A stretch of DNA of 64,000 bases from Octopus bimaculoides. Its lineage: Eukaryota. The stretch's first letter is position 1. Every line of letters begins with the position of its first letter. A model generated the notes under the pieces. The model did no database searches, was not told the origin of the DNA, and was given only the letters and a program-made list of their open reading frames with translations. Positions 33,156-47,068 of this stretch are shown here, in pieces. A program made the translations under genes and the position numbers. The stretch lies in the NCBI RefSeq assembly GCF_001194135.2, contig NC_069001.1, positions 38,662,277 through 38,726,276 on the forward strand, in the 5' to 3' direction.

Positions 33156-34005
33156 ACATACACTCATATGTATATGCATGTGAGTGTATGTGTGTGTGTG
33201 TGATTATAGATATGCAGAATGAGAGAGAGAGAATGAAAATTTAGTGTCAGTGTGACAAACCTACCAATATCTCTTAACAGTCACAAACTACACCCCTCTC
33301 TCTCTCTCTCTCTCTCTCCTTTTTCTCACACACACTACCCCCCATATCTCCCTCTCATGGCCTATCTACTGCCTTCTTTAAATCTCTAATATTTCTGCAA
33401 TTGTCATTTAACAATCTAGTCATAAAACATTCCTACTTACATCATCATCAACCAGACTAAAAGTAAATATGTAAATTGTTGAGAGAGAGAGAGAGAACCA
33501 ACATATCACTGAACAGCCAACAAAAGAGCTCATAGACAATCAGCTACCTTTTTCAAATCACAACTAATATACAAAGAGAAGGATGGTCGTGACTGGAGCG
33601 TCTTTGAGTGTCAGATCTGACCTGGGTTTAAATAACCACCAAAATGGAAATAGCAACAACATTCTGTCCAGGAATGTCAACATCTCTAATTAAACAATGA
33701 AATACATGAACAAGAGAGTTCAGTGGACACACAGACATTTCCTACTCTTTGATAGTCTGTCAAAAGAAATTCTGGTTTTTGTCTCCAGTAGTCATGGGGC
33801 AACTTGTGACCCACAGGATCTTCTGAAACTAAGTTTTTTTTAGTAGCATGGCCCATATAAAGATGAGCCATATCACACGTGACCAGCCTCTCAAAACAGC
33901 TTGCTCAAGCCTGGATTATACATGCCAATGGCCACATTCAAGAGAAACAACCAAGAAACAGAAAGAGTAGTGGAGAGGCAGATTAGGACAAGGCTTTATG
34001 ATCCC

Positions 34006-34048
<43 letters not shown>

Positions 34049-34179
34049 GATACATACAAACCATCGCCATGAACCACAGAACGTCTAGTATGACCATCAA
34101 CTCATCAACTAAAGACAGAGGCCAGAGATCAAGTTATCAGAAGCTATAGATCTATTGATCACATCTAAATGGTTTAGAT

Positions 34180-34429
34180 CAGTGGTTATCAACCAGAGTC
34201 CACATTAGATTTTGTTGTTAAAAATCCATCTGCAATAAATTGATTTTACTCCTACAATACAAAAAGATTTGAATTTCTGTTTTTTTTTTAAGCAATTCCA
34301 AATATTTAATAATAAAAATAGAATAAGATTTTTTATTTCGTATGCAGCAAAATGGCCACGGGGGTTGTGTAAAGTAAAACAGACACCAAAGGGGTCCAAA
34401 GAAAAAAAAAAAATGGTTGAGAACCAGTG
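34180..34429. mobile_element. hAT-like MITE
   Basis: CAGTGGTTATCAACC ... GGTTGAGAACCAGTG inverted termini (13/15 match). Related copies at 19608-19850 and ~48227, and a related end at ~42060. No clear TSD. Confidence 0.65.
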
Positions 34430-37400
34430 AGCAGGAACTGGTTTCAAACCCTCAGTAATGATGTAGTCGAAGAGCATGGAATGTCTTATCAGAAATAGTT
34501 TCAGAATTTATAAATAAACAAACTTGAAAGGACATTTATTGGTGTGAGACTGGTTAGACATGGACATAATTATGTGAGCATTCAAATTAATTAGATCAGT
34601 TATTTTTACATATATTAATACAGTCACATGATTACTGAAGACTGGGTCTTAGGAATTATGTTTCTAGCAACCACATAAGTTGGTTTCTCTGTACAATTAG
34701 GCTTTGTGTATTAGGGAAGGGGAACAGAATACAGGACACTGGAAGTGGTGAGAAGTGTCAATTAGCTCAACTGAGTTCATTTAGGAAATGAAAAGAAACA
34801 TAATTGAGGATGTATGTTGTGGATGGGTGTGATAATGTGGTACAGAAGTTCACACAAGTTCAATCCCAGTGAAAGTCGTAAAAGATTAAAATATAAATAC
34901 GAACTGACTTTTTAGATGTTACGCAAAGAAAGATGGGGTGGGGCAGTAGTGTCCATTTCCAGGCCCTTTTTATAATCTGGTGACACTGATGTCGTTCATG
35001 TCCAGCATAAATATCTGCCACAAGAACCCAGCGTGAACCCTGCCAGCTGGTGGTGGTGGTGGTGGTAGCAGTAACCATGCGGTGATGTTACTGTTTCAAT
35101 TCTTACATAACTACATTCGTAGTGTTAACAACTGTGGGCTGCCTATTTGTATTAGTAATCTAATGCCAACATGACAGCAAAACAAAGGGAGTCTCTAGAA
35201 GGGATAAAAAAAAAAGGGGGGTCTATGTGAATGATGAAAAAAAAAAAGTCACTATAAGGGTCAAACAGGTTGTCTTTATAAAGGGATAAAAAACCCATTT
35301 CTCAACAACTGAGTCTATATGGTTACTTGATCTGCAAGAAGTAGCAGCTAAACCTCCTGTTAATTACATTTATCTTAAAAAAAAAAAAGAGAGATAAAGA
35401 TATACTAGATTGTGTTATTCAAAGTACATTATGTTTGAAAGAAGTTGGAATGGTCATATCTGGAAAGCCTTTAATCACCAGGCCAGCCAGCTTGGGACTA
35501 AACACGACTACAACACATTCTTCTGTTCATTTGAAAAACTAGATTGATAATTGTCAATTATATGATTAATTAAAGCTAATTAACCTCGTTAGTATAAGTA
35601 GCATATATTGACAGGGGGTCTATAATCTCAACAACGTGGGTTCAATTGTGAGGTTGGTAACTTTTCACTTTTCTTCTTCTTGGGGTTACTGAAATTCTAG
35701 GAATGAATTAACTTCAGTTAATTAGTTCTGTATCAATAGGTTCTTTCTGTTAATTGAGACCTGTTGGATAATTGAAGTTTCACACACACACTCAGGTGTA
35801 GTTGTGTAGTAAGGAGTTTGCTTCTCAATTACATGGTTCTGGGTTCAGTCCCACTGCGTGGCACCATAACCCATTGGCACTTAAAGTGGCCATAGACAGT
35901 CCAAAATATTCTACCTGTTTCAGGTTCACACTGTCACTATCTGGCCTCTTGTACCTACCCTACATTGTCATTCTAGAAAATATATCATCACATCATCGTA
36001 ATCTCAAAGCTATGAGAGATAACACATGATTAATTAAAAACAATCTAAATAAATAAGTATTAAATTTGACAGATTAATCTGAATGCTAAAGAGATAAGCA
36101 AATAACTTTTACTATAGCCCTGGGCCAAGTAAAGCCTTGTGAGTGGATTTGATAGGCAGAAACTGAAACACGATCATCATGTGTGTGTGTGTGTGTGTGT
36201 GTGAATATCACTTTGTAGTTGTAAATGAGTGTCACTGCCATCCATACAAGCAGTGTTTTATTTCCAATCCGTGAAAAACTTGTTATGGCCATGGGGCAAA
36301 TATTAACTTGCTTGGAAACAACTGAAGGTAGGTGACAGGAAGGGCATTCAGATGTAGAGAAGCTGCCTCCATAAACTCCATCTGACCCATGCTAGCATGG
36401 GTAAGTGGATGATAAGATGATAGCACACACACAGCTGAGTGATGTTCTAGAATATCTTTTAAAGGTATCCACCCCCACCTGTGATGTTTTTGTCCCTTAT
36501 TCACAACAAGTAAATGAAGTTGTCATTGCTCAGTCTGCTGAAAATAGCAGCCAAATCTACCCCAGCTTGCACTGTAGTGTCTTACATAATGCAAGGACTC
36601 ATACAGTCAGTTGCCTGGTTCCCATGGCAGTGAGGTTACTCATTTATAAATGAGTGAGGTGAAGCAATGTGGAATGAAAGGTTTTGCTCAAGAAAACAAC
36701 AAAGCATCAGACATGGAAAACACAACCTTGCAATAGAGGATGCAAAATGTCCTAACCCCTATTGATGTACCCCTATAGAAACAACTTGGTGATTGACCAG
36801 TAGTTAAATGAGATGGACTGTAGTCAGATAGAATCAAGAGATGGGTCCACGTATAAAACAATATGGTTACCAGAGGTTTGAAATCTTCAATATTGAGATG
36901 GGAAGCAGCCAACCCAGTAGGGTCCAATAGAACTATCAACATGGTTAGGAGAGAGAGTCATGGAAGGATTAAGAGTGAAGCAAGCTAACGTATTTAATGC
37001 AAGGAGTTAAAAATATTTTTAATTAATTAAAATTATATCTGTAATAAAGTGAAGCAGTTGTTAGCTTTAATGATTAATTCTAGACAAACAAGACAGCTTT
37101 GAACTGGAATATTAATTAAAGACTGAACAGTGACATGTAGCGAGCATCGTCTTTGGTGACAACAAATGTAGACATGTTTCAATCTTATTAAAACCCATCA
37201 GAGAAAGTCGTAGCCCATTAGGGGCTGAGAAAATACAGAAATCATATGAACAACAATGGGAAACATTCCCAAGGAGGCTCTCTTCATACAACTTCTGCTG
37301 TAGTTGTCACAGTAACAATATCTCGTTGCAGTTGTTTGTAGTGGAGTGGTAGAGTGGATACATGACCTAAACTTCTTGCATTTCTGGGGCATAACACTCG

Positions 37401-39719
37401 ATTGGCACTAACAGGTACCAGGTCAGCTGGGAATATCACCAGCAACAGACTGCTGTTATCCTATCCAGGAGGAGATTTTATGATAAAACCACAGTGAACC
37501 AGTTCTAACAATCTTTACTGCTTCATAGAGGGTGACTTGTTGTTCAACCACCTGAATCAGCAGAGATCTGTGAACGAAAGACACCCCAGCCATAGCCACC
37601 TCAACTTCCCTGTGTATCAGAAGCACAGATTACATTGTGCAGTGCATTTGCCTTTATTTATAGTGGTAAGGGTGTGATTGGAAGGAAATTTAGCTATTAT
37701 TTCGAGTAGGTCTAGTGACAAGAGACTTCCGGGCTGACGCAACTTACCAGTTGAAATCTATTGTAGAGACTCCAGTAATCTAAGAATATAAGGAATGAGC
37801 AAGATTTCCTTATTCTACACTGGTTGTTGAGAATAGCAGTTTGGCAAAAGAGACCGATAGAATAAGTACTAGGCTTACAAAGAACAAATCCAGGGGTTGA
37901 TTTGTTCGACTAAAGGTGGTGGTCCAGCATGGCAGCAGTCAAATGACTGAAACAAGTGAAAGAGTAAAAGACAATCTCAGCAACAGAGAGAACTCGCCAT
38001 CTCTCTCATTTTATATACGAAACAACAAAAGTAGCTAGCTTTTTTTNNNNNNNNNNNNNNNNNNNNNNNNNNNNNNNNNNNNNNNNNNNTTTTTTTTTTT
38101 TTTTTAGTCTGTTACTGCGTGCTGGATAATGAAGGACTCTAACAAGTGACAAGATAGTGTGAGAACCATCCAACTGATGCGAGCATAGGAAACTGGCTTG
38201 ATGAAGATGATGCTGATGGTGGTGGTGATATATTTCATCAGTGGCTGTCAGGGCTTCAGGAGCCAGCAGTTTTAGTAAACAGAACATGACAGCTGAAGAG
38301 GCAAGTTGGGTTGTGTGTTTATAATTCGATATTAGAGAAAACAACAACTACAAATCAATAATTAGTATTGAACCAACACAGCTCTAGTATGAAATACGTG
38401 TTCAATACTACTGTCGTTATTGATTTGTTGGAGCTGCAGAGTCACCAGGTTATACAAAGGGAGGAGAGGAAAAATCAATAAGACAAACCTCTCTCTCCCC
38501 AATATACATCTGGTATTTGTTTTTATCAATTTCAGGAGATGAGAAAAGCAGAATGAATCTCTGGATGGTCAACTAATTGATTATTAATTAACAATGTATG
38601 AAAGAAACCAGAAATCTTAATTGCCTTCCTATATCAAAGGATCCAGTTCCTTCTTATTATCCAATGGGTTGGAGCCATCAAGGGTCACACAAAGGGTTTT
38701 GCATCTGCAAGAATCTAGGGCTAATAATCTACAACAGGCATCAGCAACCATTTGAAAGAAGAGGGCAAAGAAGACTTGGTTTGTCATCAAGCAAGATTCA
38801 CTACTATAAAAAAAAGTTTTGGCATGCCATTCATAAAGTCCCATGGGCCACAATTTCCCCCTGACTGGACTACAAGGTACCACTCTGTAGCTGGCACAAT
38901 CGATTGTTAGAGTCTTGCAAAGGGAAGTTCACAACAAGTTGGGTCTGTAACTTTATTTTAAATTTCCAAGTGATACCGTGGAAATGTCAGTCCAACACAC
39001 AACACTTTGACTTAGCAAAGGACCCTCTAAATGGCCACTCAATTTGCTAGACATAGCAGTCAAATCTCTGTAAAACCCATTGAGCTTTGCTTGAAAATCA
39101 AGATGATATGGTCGTGACTGGAATGTCTTTGACGACATGTCAAATAGATCAGAACTGGTTTTATAGTTAGACATCATGCACACCACAGAATCTTATTTCC
39201 CTCTCCTGTATGATAATTTTGCAATAAATGGCTGGGAGGGGGAGTGTCTGACAATGACAGCGTGAACTTAGAGTACTAAGAGAGGAGGTGGGGGTACATT
39301 TGTGTGAGTATGAAATAAACTTTGAATTAAGACATCATTGTAACTTGACAAACTGGTTGCCCTATCAAGCAATATTAATTAAATCGTTCTAATTAAACCT
39401 ACTTCAAACAACAAAACCTTTGAACTACTTCAGCATTATCTTGTATTTAATCTACCATTTCTGCTACACTTTGTCTCTTCTTCCACATCAGAGATTCCTA
39501 TAGATTTTTCTAAGAAGACCCTAACCAATAAAAATATATATCACCACGGGAAACCCCTCTATAAGATCAATAATAAATAGCAAAAAGTAACGGATACACA
39601 ACAGAGCAAAACAAAGTATTAAATATAATTGTTAACAGGTATGAATGCATAAATGCCCTCGCTTATGTTGTATACTGCACCATAGACTTGCTTGGACAGA
39701 ACATCCCTGAAGATACAAG

Positions 39720-39755
<36 letters not shown>

Positions 39756-39929
39756 GTTTGGTGCACATACGCTTGCACAGCAAATTAAATAGCTATTTAG
39801 AGTTTATAAGAATGAGGAGGATGGAGTTCAATAGAATTCATCCATACCTTAAGGAAAATTATGATTATTAATTTGGTTAACAGTTACTCAAATTCATTCC
39901 CACTGCATGGTATGAAAGTATATTTATAA

Positions 39930-40470
39930 GCATGTAAGCATCTTGAGAGTCTTTCAGAAATTCTATTAATGATCTCCTTATTGGTCCACAAAATAGACAA
40001 GGATTCCTCGGAGCATAATCTGCATTTTCTGGAAACAATATTGTAAGGCCGTGCGTGCCTTACTATGGACCAAATTAGATCATATTTAAATTTATATTCC
40101 TTAAGTTGTCACACAAAATCAGCCAAAGATGTTGAATGCCTCTTGTTGATTTTCTTGAAGCTGGTGACATGGTTGTGATAACAATTCCTGAATGAATCAG
40201 CCGTTACCCCAATGTAAATGTATGGTCTTCCCGTTGTGTGTACAGTACATTTATATACAAGATTTGTACTCATACAGAGGTTCATTGATGGGCATTTTGA
40301 TTTTTCTCTGCATGAGCATTCATTAGATTTGGTTGCATATGTGGCAGTTCTGACTTCCATTTTCTGACACTGTTATAAATGTAGTGAGGAAGTGTCACAT
40401 CAAGGCTAGATAAGCTGTTATCACAAACTGGCATGAAGTCATGGGAAGAACAATTAATGTGACATTTCAA
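39930..40470 (-). mobile_element. Penelope-like element GIY-YIG endonuclease pseudo-ORF
   Basis: CSCREKSKCPSMNLCMSTNLVYKCTVHTTGRPYIYIGVTADSFRNCYHNHVTSFKKINKRHSTSLADFV*QLKEYKFKYDLIWSIVRHARPYNIVSRKCRLCSEE. It has the VY...YIG motif, a Cys-rich linker and CRLC..E, typical of Penelope-like element endonucleases. An in-frame TGA replaces the conserved Trp. Confidence 0.88.
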
Positions 40471-40966
40471 CTTCATAGATCTTTAGGTTGTTACTTTAAC
40501 AGAAAACATAACCAGTAAAACCAAACCGGTTGGCTGACACTCCATCAATTACGATGCCGAGTGTTCCAGTCGATCTAATCAACGGAACAGCCTGCTAGTA
40601 AAATTAAAGTGTAAGTGGTTGAGCACTCCACAGACACAAGTATCTTTAACGTAGTTCTCAGGGAGAAGGCTGCCCCTTTGAAGTACAAATACTACTCATT
40701 TCTGGCAGCTGACAGGAGCAACATGAAATAAAGTGTCTTCCTCAAAGAACCAAGTATCTATTGGGAATTGAACTCACGACTTTATCATTAGGAGCCAAAT
40801 ACCCCAACCACTAAGCCACATTGCTTCACAATGAAACAGATGCATTCAGTTGTTTGTGAGATAACAACACACAACAACACATCACTGGCTACAATATTGA
40901 ACATGCATTTCACATGAAGGAAGTATTGTGTCTTGATGAGAGGGCAAAGACACATATCAAAAGGTA

Positions 40967-41278
40967 ACTGGCTATGATGTAGAACTGTGAAGATGTGGCA
41001 ACAACACACAACTGATGACTGGCTTTGATGTAGAACCAATGCATTTAACAGTGAAAGTAGGAGAAAGACACAGAACACTGGCTATGATGTAGAAAAACGA
41101 TGACACTGACTATGATGTAGAACCAATGCATTTACCAGGGATGGTAGGAGAAAGACACAGACCACTAGCTTTTGTGTAGAACAGTGATGACACTGGCTAC
41201 GATGTAGAACAGTGAAGGTAGCAAAAAGATCACTGGCTATAATGTAGAACAGTGATGACACTGGCTACGATGTAGAAC
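40967..41278 (+). repeat. Complex minisatellite: 8 copies of a 19-bp core ACTGGCTATGATGTAGAAC with alternating spacers
   Basis: Cores at 40967, 41018, 41077, 41105, 41164, 41192, 41232 and 41260; spacers of 32, 40, 9, 40, 9, 21 and 9 nt. Confidence 0.92.
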
Positions 41279-41467
41279 CAATGTAGTATATGTAACAATG
41301 ATGTGAGACAGTGGTCTGATGAAGTATTATGAAAGCTGTTCTCACTAATCTCTTCTTTGTCTCTCTCTCCTCATCTCTCCAAATTAATTCACCATTGATT
41401 GATGGTTAATTGTTAGTTGGAAGCCTGACAGAACTTGTGATCAATGTAAATATTGTTTATATTACAG

Positions 41468-41503
<36 letters not shown>

Positions 41504-41653
41504 TAATAGTGAGAGTGGCAGACATGGTAGAGTACCAGACTAATGTCTGTTTCATCCCCCTCCAAGTCCTGAGTTCAAATGCCACCCTATCGTTTCTGCT
41601 CTTCAAGGGTTAACAAGATAACTATCCGATATATAGGGGAGTTTGATTTTAAG

Positions 41654-41698
<45 letters not shown>

Positions 41699-41916
41699 TA
41701 CATAGGTTGCAAAGTTACTGTGCTCACTTTGAGAGGGAGCCATTTAGATAAACAATAGTTGATTATATTAAACAGAGGATAATACAATATCTGGAACCGA
41801 TTAAGCAGATCATTTTCAATTTATTTTAAAGAAAGAGTTTGGGAACCATTAATTTTGATAACAATAATTGTTTGATAGCCTTATTCATTTATCATAATAA
41901 GGAGCTTCCACTATAT

Positions 41917-41952
<36 letters not shown>

Positions 41953-44900
41953 AAACCCATACAAATGGATTAAATTTTAATAAGACAGCTGGGAAAGAAG
42001 GTACCAGACGTCTGTTTGTTCATTTCACATGTGTTTTCCCAAACTGGATATGGGTTAGACCAGTGGTTCCCAAAATGGGCAGTATTGCCACCCCACATGG
42101 GGGCGGTGGAAAGTTCTAAGGGGGGCACTGAAGAAAAGTGGCGCGATAATGGGGTAAAAACAATGAAATAATGGGTTCATTAGGTTAAGTTATATTTGTG
42201 AAATGGTTTCTGTGGCTGGATCCCCTTCTTAACACCAATCACTTTACAAAGTGGACTGGATGGCACCAGCACCAGTGAGGTGACCTTTAACTCAAAAGAC
42301 CAAGATCCTCCTCTTCTAGCTGAGTGGGAGTACAATAGAAGAGGCAGCTTGGGTTGAGGGGCTGAGGGTATGATAGAGGAAACAGTAGCAGGTTTGTTGC
42401 TGTAGAGGAGATACATGGCTAGCCTGCATTAAATAAGGGTAGGTCGTCGGAGAAATTAGGACAAAGCTGAAAATGGGTATGGGGAATCAGACAGCATACC
42501 CTCAAGGTACAGTGATAAAGGGAAGAGGAAGTATGGAGACAGATCAGGAAGGGTGGATGGGTGAGATATGGTTATAGAATGGAATGGGGGTGAATGTAGT
42601 GAGGGATAATCAAGGGTGTAAAAGTGATCAATGATAAACGAGTTAAGTAGGAGGAGAGGATAAAAATGAGGGATGGATGTGAATAAAACTCACTCAGGGG
42701 AGAGTGGGTGATGACTGGCAGTGCTGAAAGGGTAAAGAAGAGCACATATGATAGTACAGTAGGAAGGAGAAGGATGAGAGATAGAAAATAGGTGGGAGTA
42801 GATGGGTAAAAGCTGGAAGAATGGACAGGGGATGGGGATAAGGAGAATGAGAGATGTACAGTGTTAAGAGTGGAGGTGGTCAGAGGTAGACTGGAGTGAA
42901 TGTAATAAGTGGTGAACAAAGGCAGGGATAGTGACTGGTAAGTATGAGTGAGTGTTGAGAATGAGGTTTGGATGTCAATAAGAAGTGGTTGAGGGGGGGG
43001 GGGGTGAGGAGAGATAAATGGTAGCACAGAAAAGAATAAAATGTGTACTCATGCCAGCATGGAGTGCAAATGTTAAACAATGATGATGATATTTGTGTGT
43101 ATATATATATTTATCTGTATGCATAAATCTATATACATGCATGTGAATGTATGATCATATGAAAAAAATGAACACGAAAAGAGACAATATAATTATCTAT
43201 ATCTACTCATATACTTTCCATGTATCCATGTTTATATAAATCTGTGTGTGTGTGTGTGTGTGTAAAATCAGTGTTCTGTCAAAGTGATAAGTTGTCCAAT
43301 AAATAAAAGTACCAAAGTAAAAATAAATCTGAGGTTGATAAGTTTTTCATTAAAATAATGAAGTGGCCAAAAAGCAATGCACCAACATGGCTGTAGCCCA
43401 ATAACTGAAATCAATAATATATATATATATATATATANNNNNNNNNNNNNNNNNNNNNNNNNNNNNNNNNNNNNNNNNNNNNNNNNNNNNNNNNNNNNNN
43501 NNNNNNNNNNNNNNNNNNNNNNNNNNNNNNNNNNNNNNNNNNNNNNNNNNNNNNNNNNNNNNNNNNNNNNNNNNNNNNNNNNNNNNNNNNNNNNNNNNNN
43601 NNNNNNNNNNNNNNNNNNNNNNNNNNNNNNNNNNNNNNNNNNNNNNNNNNNNNNNNNNNNNNNNNNNNNNNNNNNNNNNNNNNNNNNNNNNNNNNNNNNN
43701 NNNNNNNNNNNNNNNNNNNNNNNNNNNNNNNNNNNNNNNNNNNNNNNNNNNNNNNATATATATATATATATATACGACTGGGGTGGTGAAAGGTTCCTGG
43801 CTTGGAGTAAAAGAAGATACAGGAGGATCAGTTAATTATGAATTATTGTTGGGTCCTGGGGGATGGTATCAGAAGGTATCAAGAGGAATGGGAGTGGGGT
43901 GGGTGGAGGAGAGGTTAAAAAGGTCACCAAACTTTTTTTCTTAATTCACCAAAAACTGATGAATTTAAGTCGAATACTTCCATCTTCCAGTTGTTCTGTT
44001 CTTGTTTTTTATATATTTTTTTTATATTGGTTTCAATTATTGGATAGTGGTGATGCTGTGACATTTATGGCAATGACCTCTCATTACTATTTTATCAACT
44101 GGTTCTTTTATTGCCCTCAGAAGGATGGATAACAAAATTAATCTACACAAGATTTGAACCCACCATGACAACGGAACACAAGTTATCTAATCTGATGATG
44201 GACCAATTCTGCCACAAAAGGGACATAACAAGGCATTCTTATTGTTCTGCCAAATGCTAAATCATTAAGTGTTATGCCTGACATAACTGACTCAGGCAGC
44301 AGATGGAAATATCTAGTTATTAAATCAGAAACTTCAGTGACGACCATTTTGTCCATTTTCCAAAATAATGTTGACAATATCTTGGAGAGGAAGCAAACTG
44401 TGTCCCACTTCCCACAAAACCTGAAGGCTTAAATAAACAAGAAACCAATTGTGATAAAGTTGTCCTCAACCTAATTGTGTGTGAGGTGTCACAACACTGT
44501 TTCATGAAAAACAGCACCTTATGACCTGGTTTTAAAGAATTAAAGACAAGAAACTGAGCCAAAATCCATGGAGTCCATTTGAAACAATGATGCAAACTAA
44601 AAGAGAGTTACCAAAGTACAGAGTTGTGGGTTAAAGGTATTGTTTGGGGTGAGAAGTACACTTTTGTCAACTTGGTTTATGTGTGAGAGGAGGGAACGAG
44701 TTATGGCTTGAATAGATTTGTTGGGTGGTGGTACTGTTTAGCCCCAGGTCAAGCCTCAGTGAGCAGACCAACGATCAAAAGCATTCTGGCCATGACCATT
44801 CTGATTCGTTTTTTTGTATATCATCATCATCGCCTGGACAAACCCTGGACACCACTGTGTCTAAGAGTCCTCAGATTTCTAGGAGTCAGTTACAGAGTTT

Positions 44901-45629
44901 TCATAGCGTACAAGTAACTGAGATCACATTTCTTCTGAACAGGATGCCAGGCTGTCACAAGGTCTTAATTACAACTGAGTAGACTGGAGCTACATGAAAT
45001 GAAGTGGGGGGGAGCTTCTTTTTGTTTGTGTATATATATATATGTATGTAGAACCATAATTGGCCAATGCACTCTTTTCACCTTTTAAGATGTGTCATTT
45101 GAAGCAAATTTGACTTACTCTTCCCACCAGGAGGGGCAATCATGTAAATGTTTGCTAATTATGGAATCATAGAAAATGCAGAGTATAAGAGCAGAGGAAG
45201 TAAAGCAGCTCTTGTTGAGGACACTTTAATTCTGAAGTTCCAGGGTTGACCCCAAAGCAGAAAACCCTGGGTGAGGGCAATTTATTTTAACCTTGCATTG
45301 ATCAATATTTTGTGAAAGAAATTTAGTAGAAGGACTATGTGGAAGCTTGTCAGATATATGTGATATGTAGGGTATGTACACTCGTTTGAAATAGTGTGTT
45401 GAGATGCATCACTTTACATCAAAACAGGAAGCCAGATATAATATAGTGGAGAAAGGCAAGCAAAAAATAATTGTACATTGAGGTAACTTTTTGTTAACCC
45501 AGAGCTTTCGTTTTAATCTAGAATAGAAAAGTCTTGAAACTACCTAATTTAATACATTTTTATAAAATTGAGTGTATTATATAGTCCCTTTTTAATGCAG
45601 TTATTAACTGCACTATGAAATCAGGGCAC

Positions 45630-45785
45630 AGTTGAGGGGGGGGGGGACAAAAGAGGGGCAGGGAAAATCCAGGTTTGACAACATCAAAGACTGGACAGGC
45701 CACAAAACTGCAACCCTGTTACACATGACGGAGAACAGAGACCAGTGGTGTTGGCTGACTGCAGAAGCATCCAGAATGGCCATAT
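45630..45785 (+). mobile_element. RTE/BovB-like RT C-terminal fragment
   Basis: GQGKSRFDNIKDWTG...LLHMTENRDQW resembles RTE C-termini. Confidence 0.65.
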
Positions 45786-45787
45786 CT

Positions 45788-46258
45788 GGAAAGTTTGCCT
45801 CAGGATTCTTGGCCGTAGGAATGTTCACTGCATAGGAAAGAAATTTTGCCACAAGACAAAAGACGAATTGCTCCCCTTGGTATATAATTGTCTCAACCAA
45901 TAAAAAGGGGTAAAGCAANNNNNNNNNNNNNNNNNNNNNNNNNNNNNNNNNNNNNNNNNNNNNNNNNNNNNNNNNNNNNNNNNNNNNNNNNNNNNNNNNN
46001 NNNNNNNNNNNNNNNNNNNNNNNNNNNNNNNNNNNNNNNNNNNNNNNNNNNNNNNNNNNNNNNNNNNNNNNNNNNNNNNNNNNNNNNNNNNNNNNNNNNN
46101 NNNNNNNNNNNNNNNNNNNNNNNNNNNNNNNNNNNNNNNNNNNNNNNNNNNNNNNNNNNNNNNTTATTGGTTGAAACTATTTTATATCAAAGAGAGCAAT
46201 TCATTTTTTTTCCTGCGGCCAAAAATCCTGAGACAAATTTTCCTGCAGCAAACTTTCC
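45788..46258. mobile_element. Inverted-repeat MITE-like element spanning a gap
   Basis: Left GGAAAGTTTGCC.TCAGGATT.TTGGCCG.AGG...GAATTGCTC...TCAACCAATAA is mirrored on the right (46164-46258), with GGAAA(G/A)TTTG subrepeats. Confidence 0.7.
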
Positions 46259-46457
46259 TAGAACCTGGAATAGCATCCCAATGACCGGCTGCACCAGTTA
46301 AAGGAACCTGGTGATGATGATCACAAAAATTTCAACTCACTGAAATCCACTTTCTCTGTCCATCTTTGAATTTATTCACTTCTTTACCTTGGGTCCCATC
46401 AAAATACCACATGTGATTTCATTTACAGGAGGTGAATCATTTTATTTTGCAATTAGA

Positions 46458-46496
<39 letters not shown>

Positions 46497-47068
46497 TGTA
46501 TACGGTTTCTTTTGAAGATTAGTTACTTTGGTTAGTGTCATCATAATGTTTATGGCAAGGTACTGTACACATCATTAATAAATACTATTTTAATGGATTA
46601 AGTCAGCATTTCAAAAACATTGATCAACAGAAAAAAGATCAAATACATATTGATTTTATATATTTAGCTGCTTTTGACATTTTTTTTCTTTTAATTTGGA
46701 ATCTCCAAGCCTTAAAAACAAAAGTTAGTCTATTTTAATATAATCAAAGAAAAAAACAGCACAAAGTAGTCATCTTCTACAAGAAAGTCGTTAGAGAAGT
46801 CATCAACATTTTTAATGTCTAGTTTTCTGATGGTTAAATGGATCAGAGGAGAAAGAGAATTGTTGAGAGAAAAAATTTGTGTCTGTTTTGTGTCTTAAAA
46901 AGTTCTGTAATTACAGAGTATGCACATACACACATGCAATCACATTCTATCATACATACATACATACATATAAGAAAGTAGTCAAAATTTGGATAAAAAC
47001 TTAAGATGTATCCCTAAAGGGGATCAAAGTGCTAAATAGATTTTATTCAAATCATATATATATATATA

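Noticed and set aside
38182-38208. CTGATGCGAGCATAGGAAAC resembling the 135-180 motif
   Set aside because: Lacks the 3' strand of stem II and any homologous flanks; probably chance
40967-41278. CRISPR array
   Set aside because: Spacers are homologous to each other and as short as 9 nt, there are no cas genes, and the context is eukaryotic
41305-41345. CTGATGA...GAAA hammerhead-like string within a GTGAGACAG/CTGTTCTCAC stem
   Set aside because: Stem II is not credible, the cleavage-site base would be G, and stem I is not adjacent to the core
42420-43030. Strongly purine-skewed 600-bp stretch with a 151-aa minus-strand ORF
   Set aside because: Low-complexity body of a retro-repeat contiguous with the SINE/RTE tail at 42180-42420; the ORF is compositional (S/L/P/H-rich)
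44180-44600. Possible mariner transposase relic (DDHFVHF / FQNN resembling SDYHLF.SLQN)
   Set aside because: Similarity is too fragmentary to call without a search, although a mariner MITE end lies at about 43773
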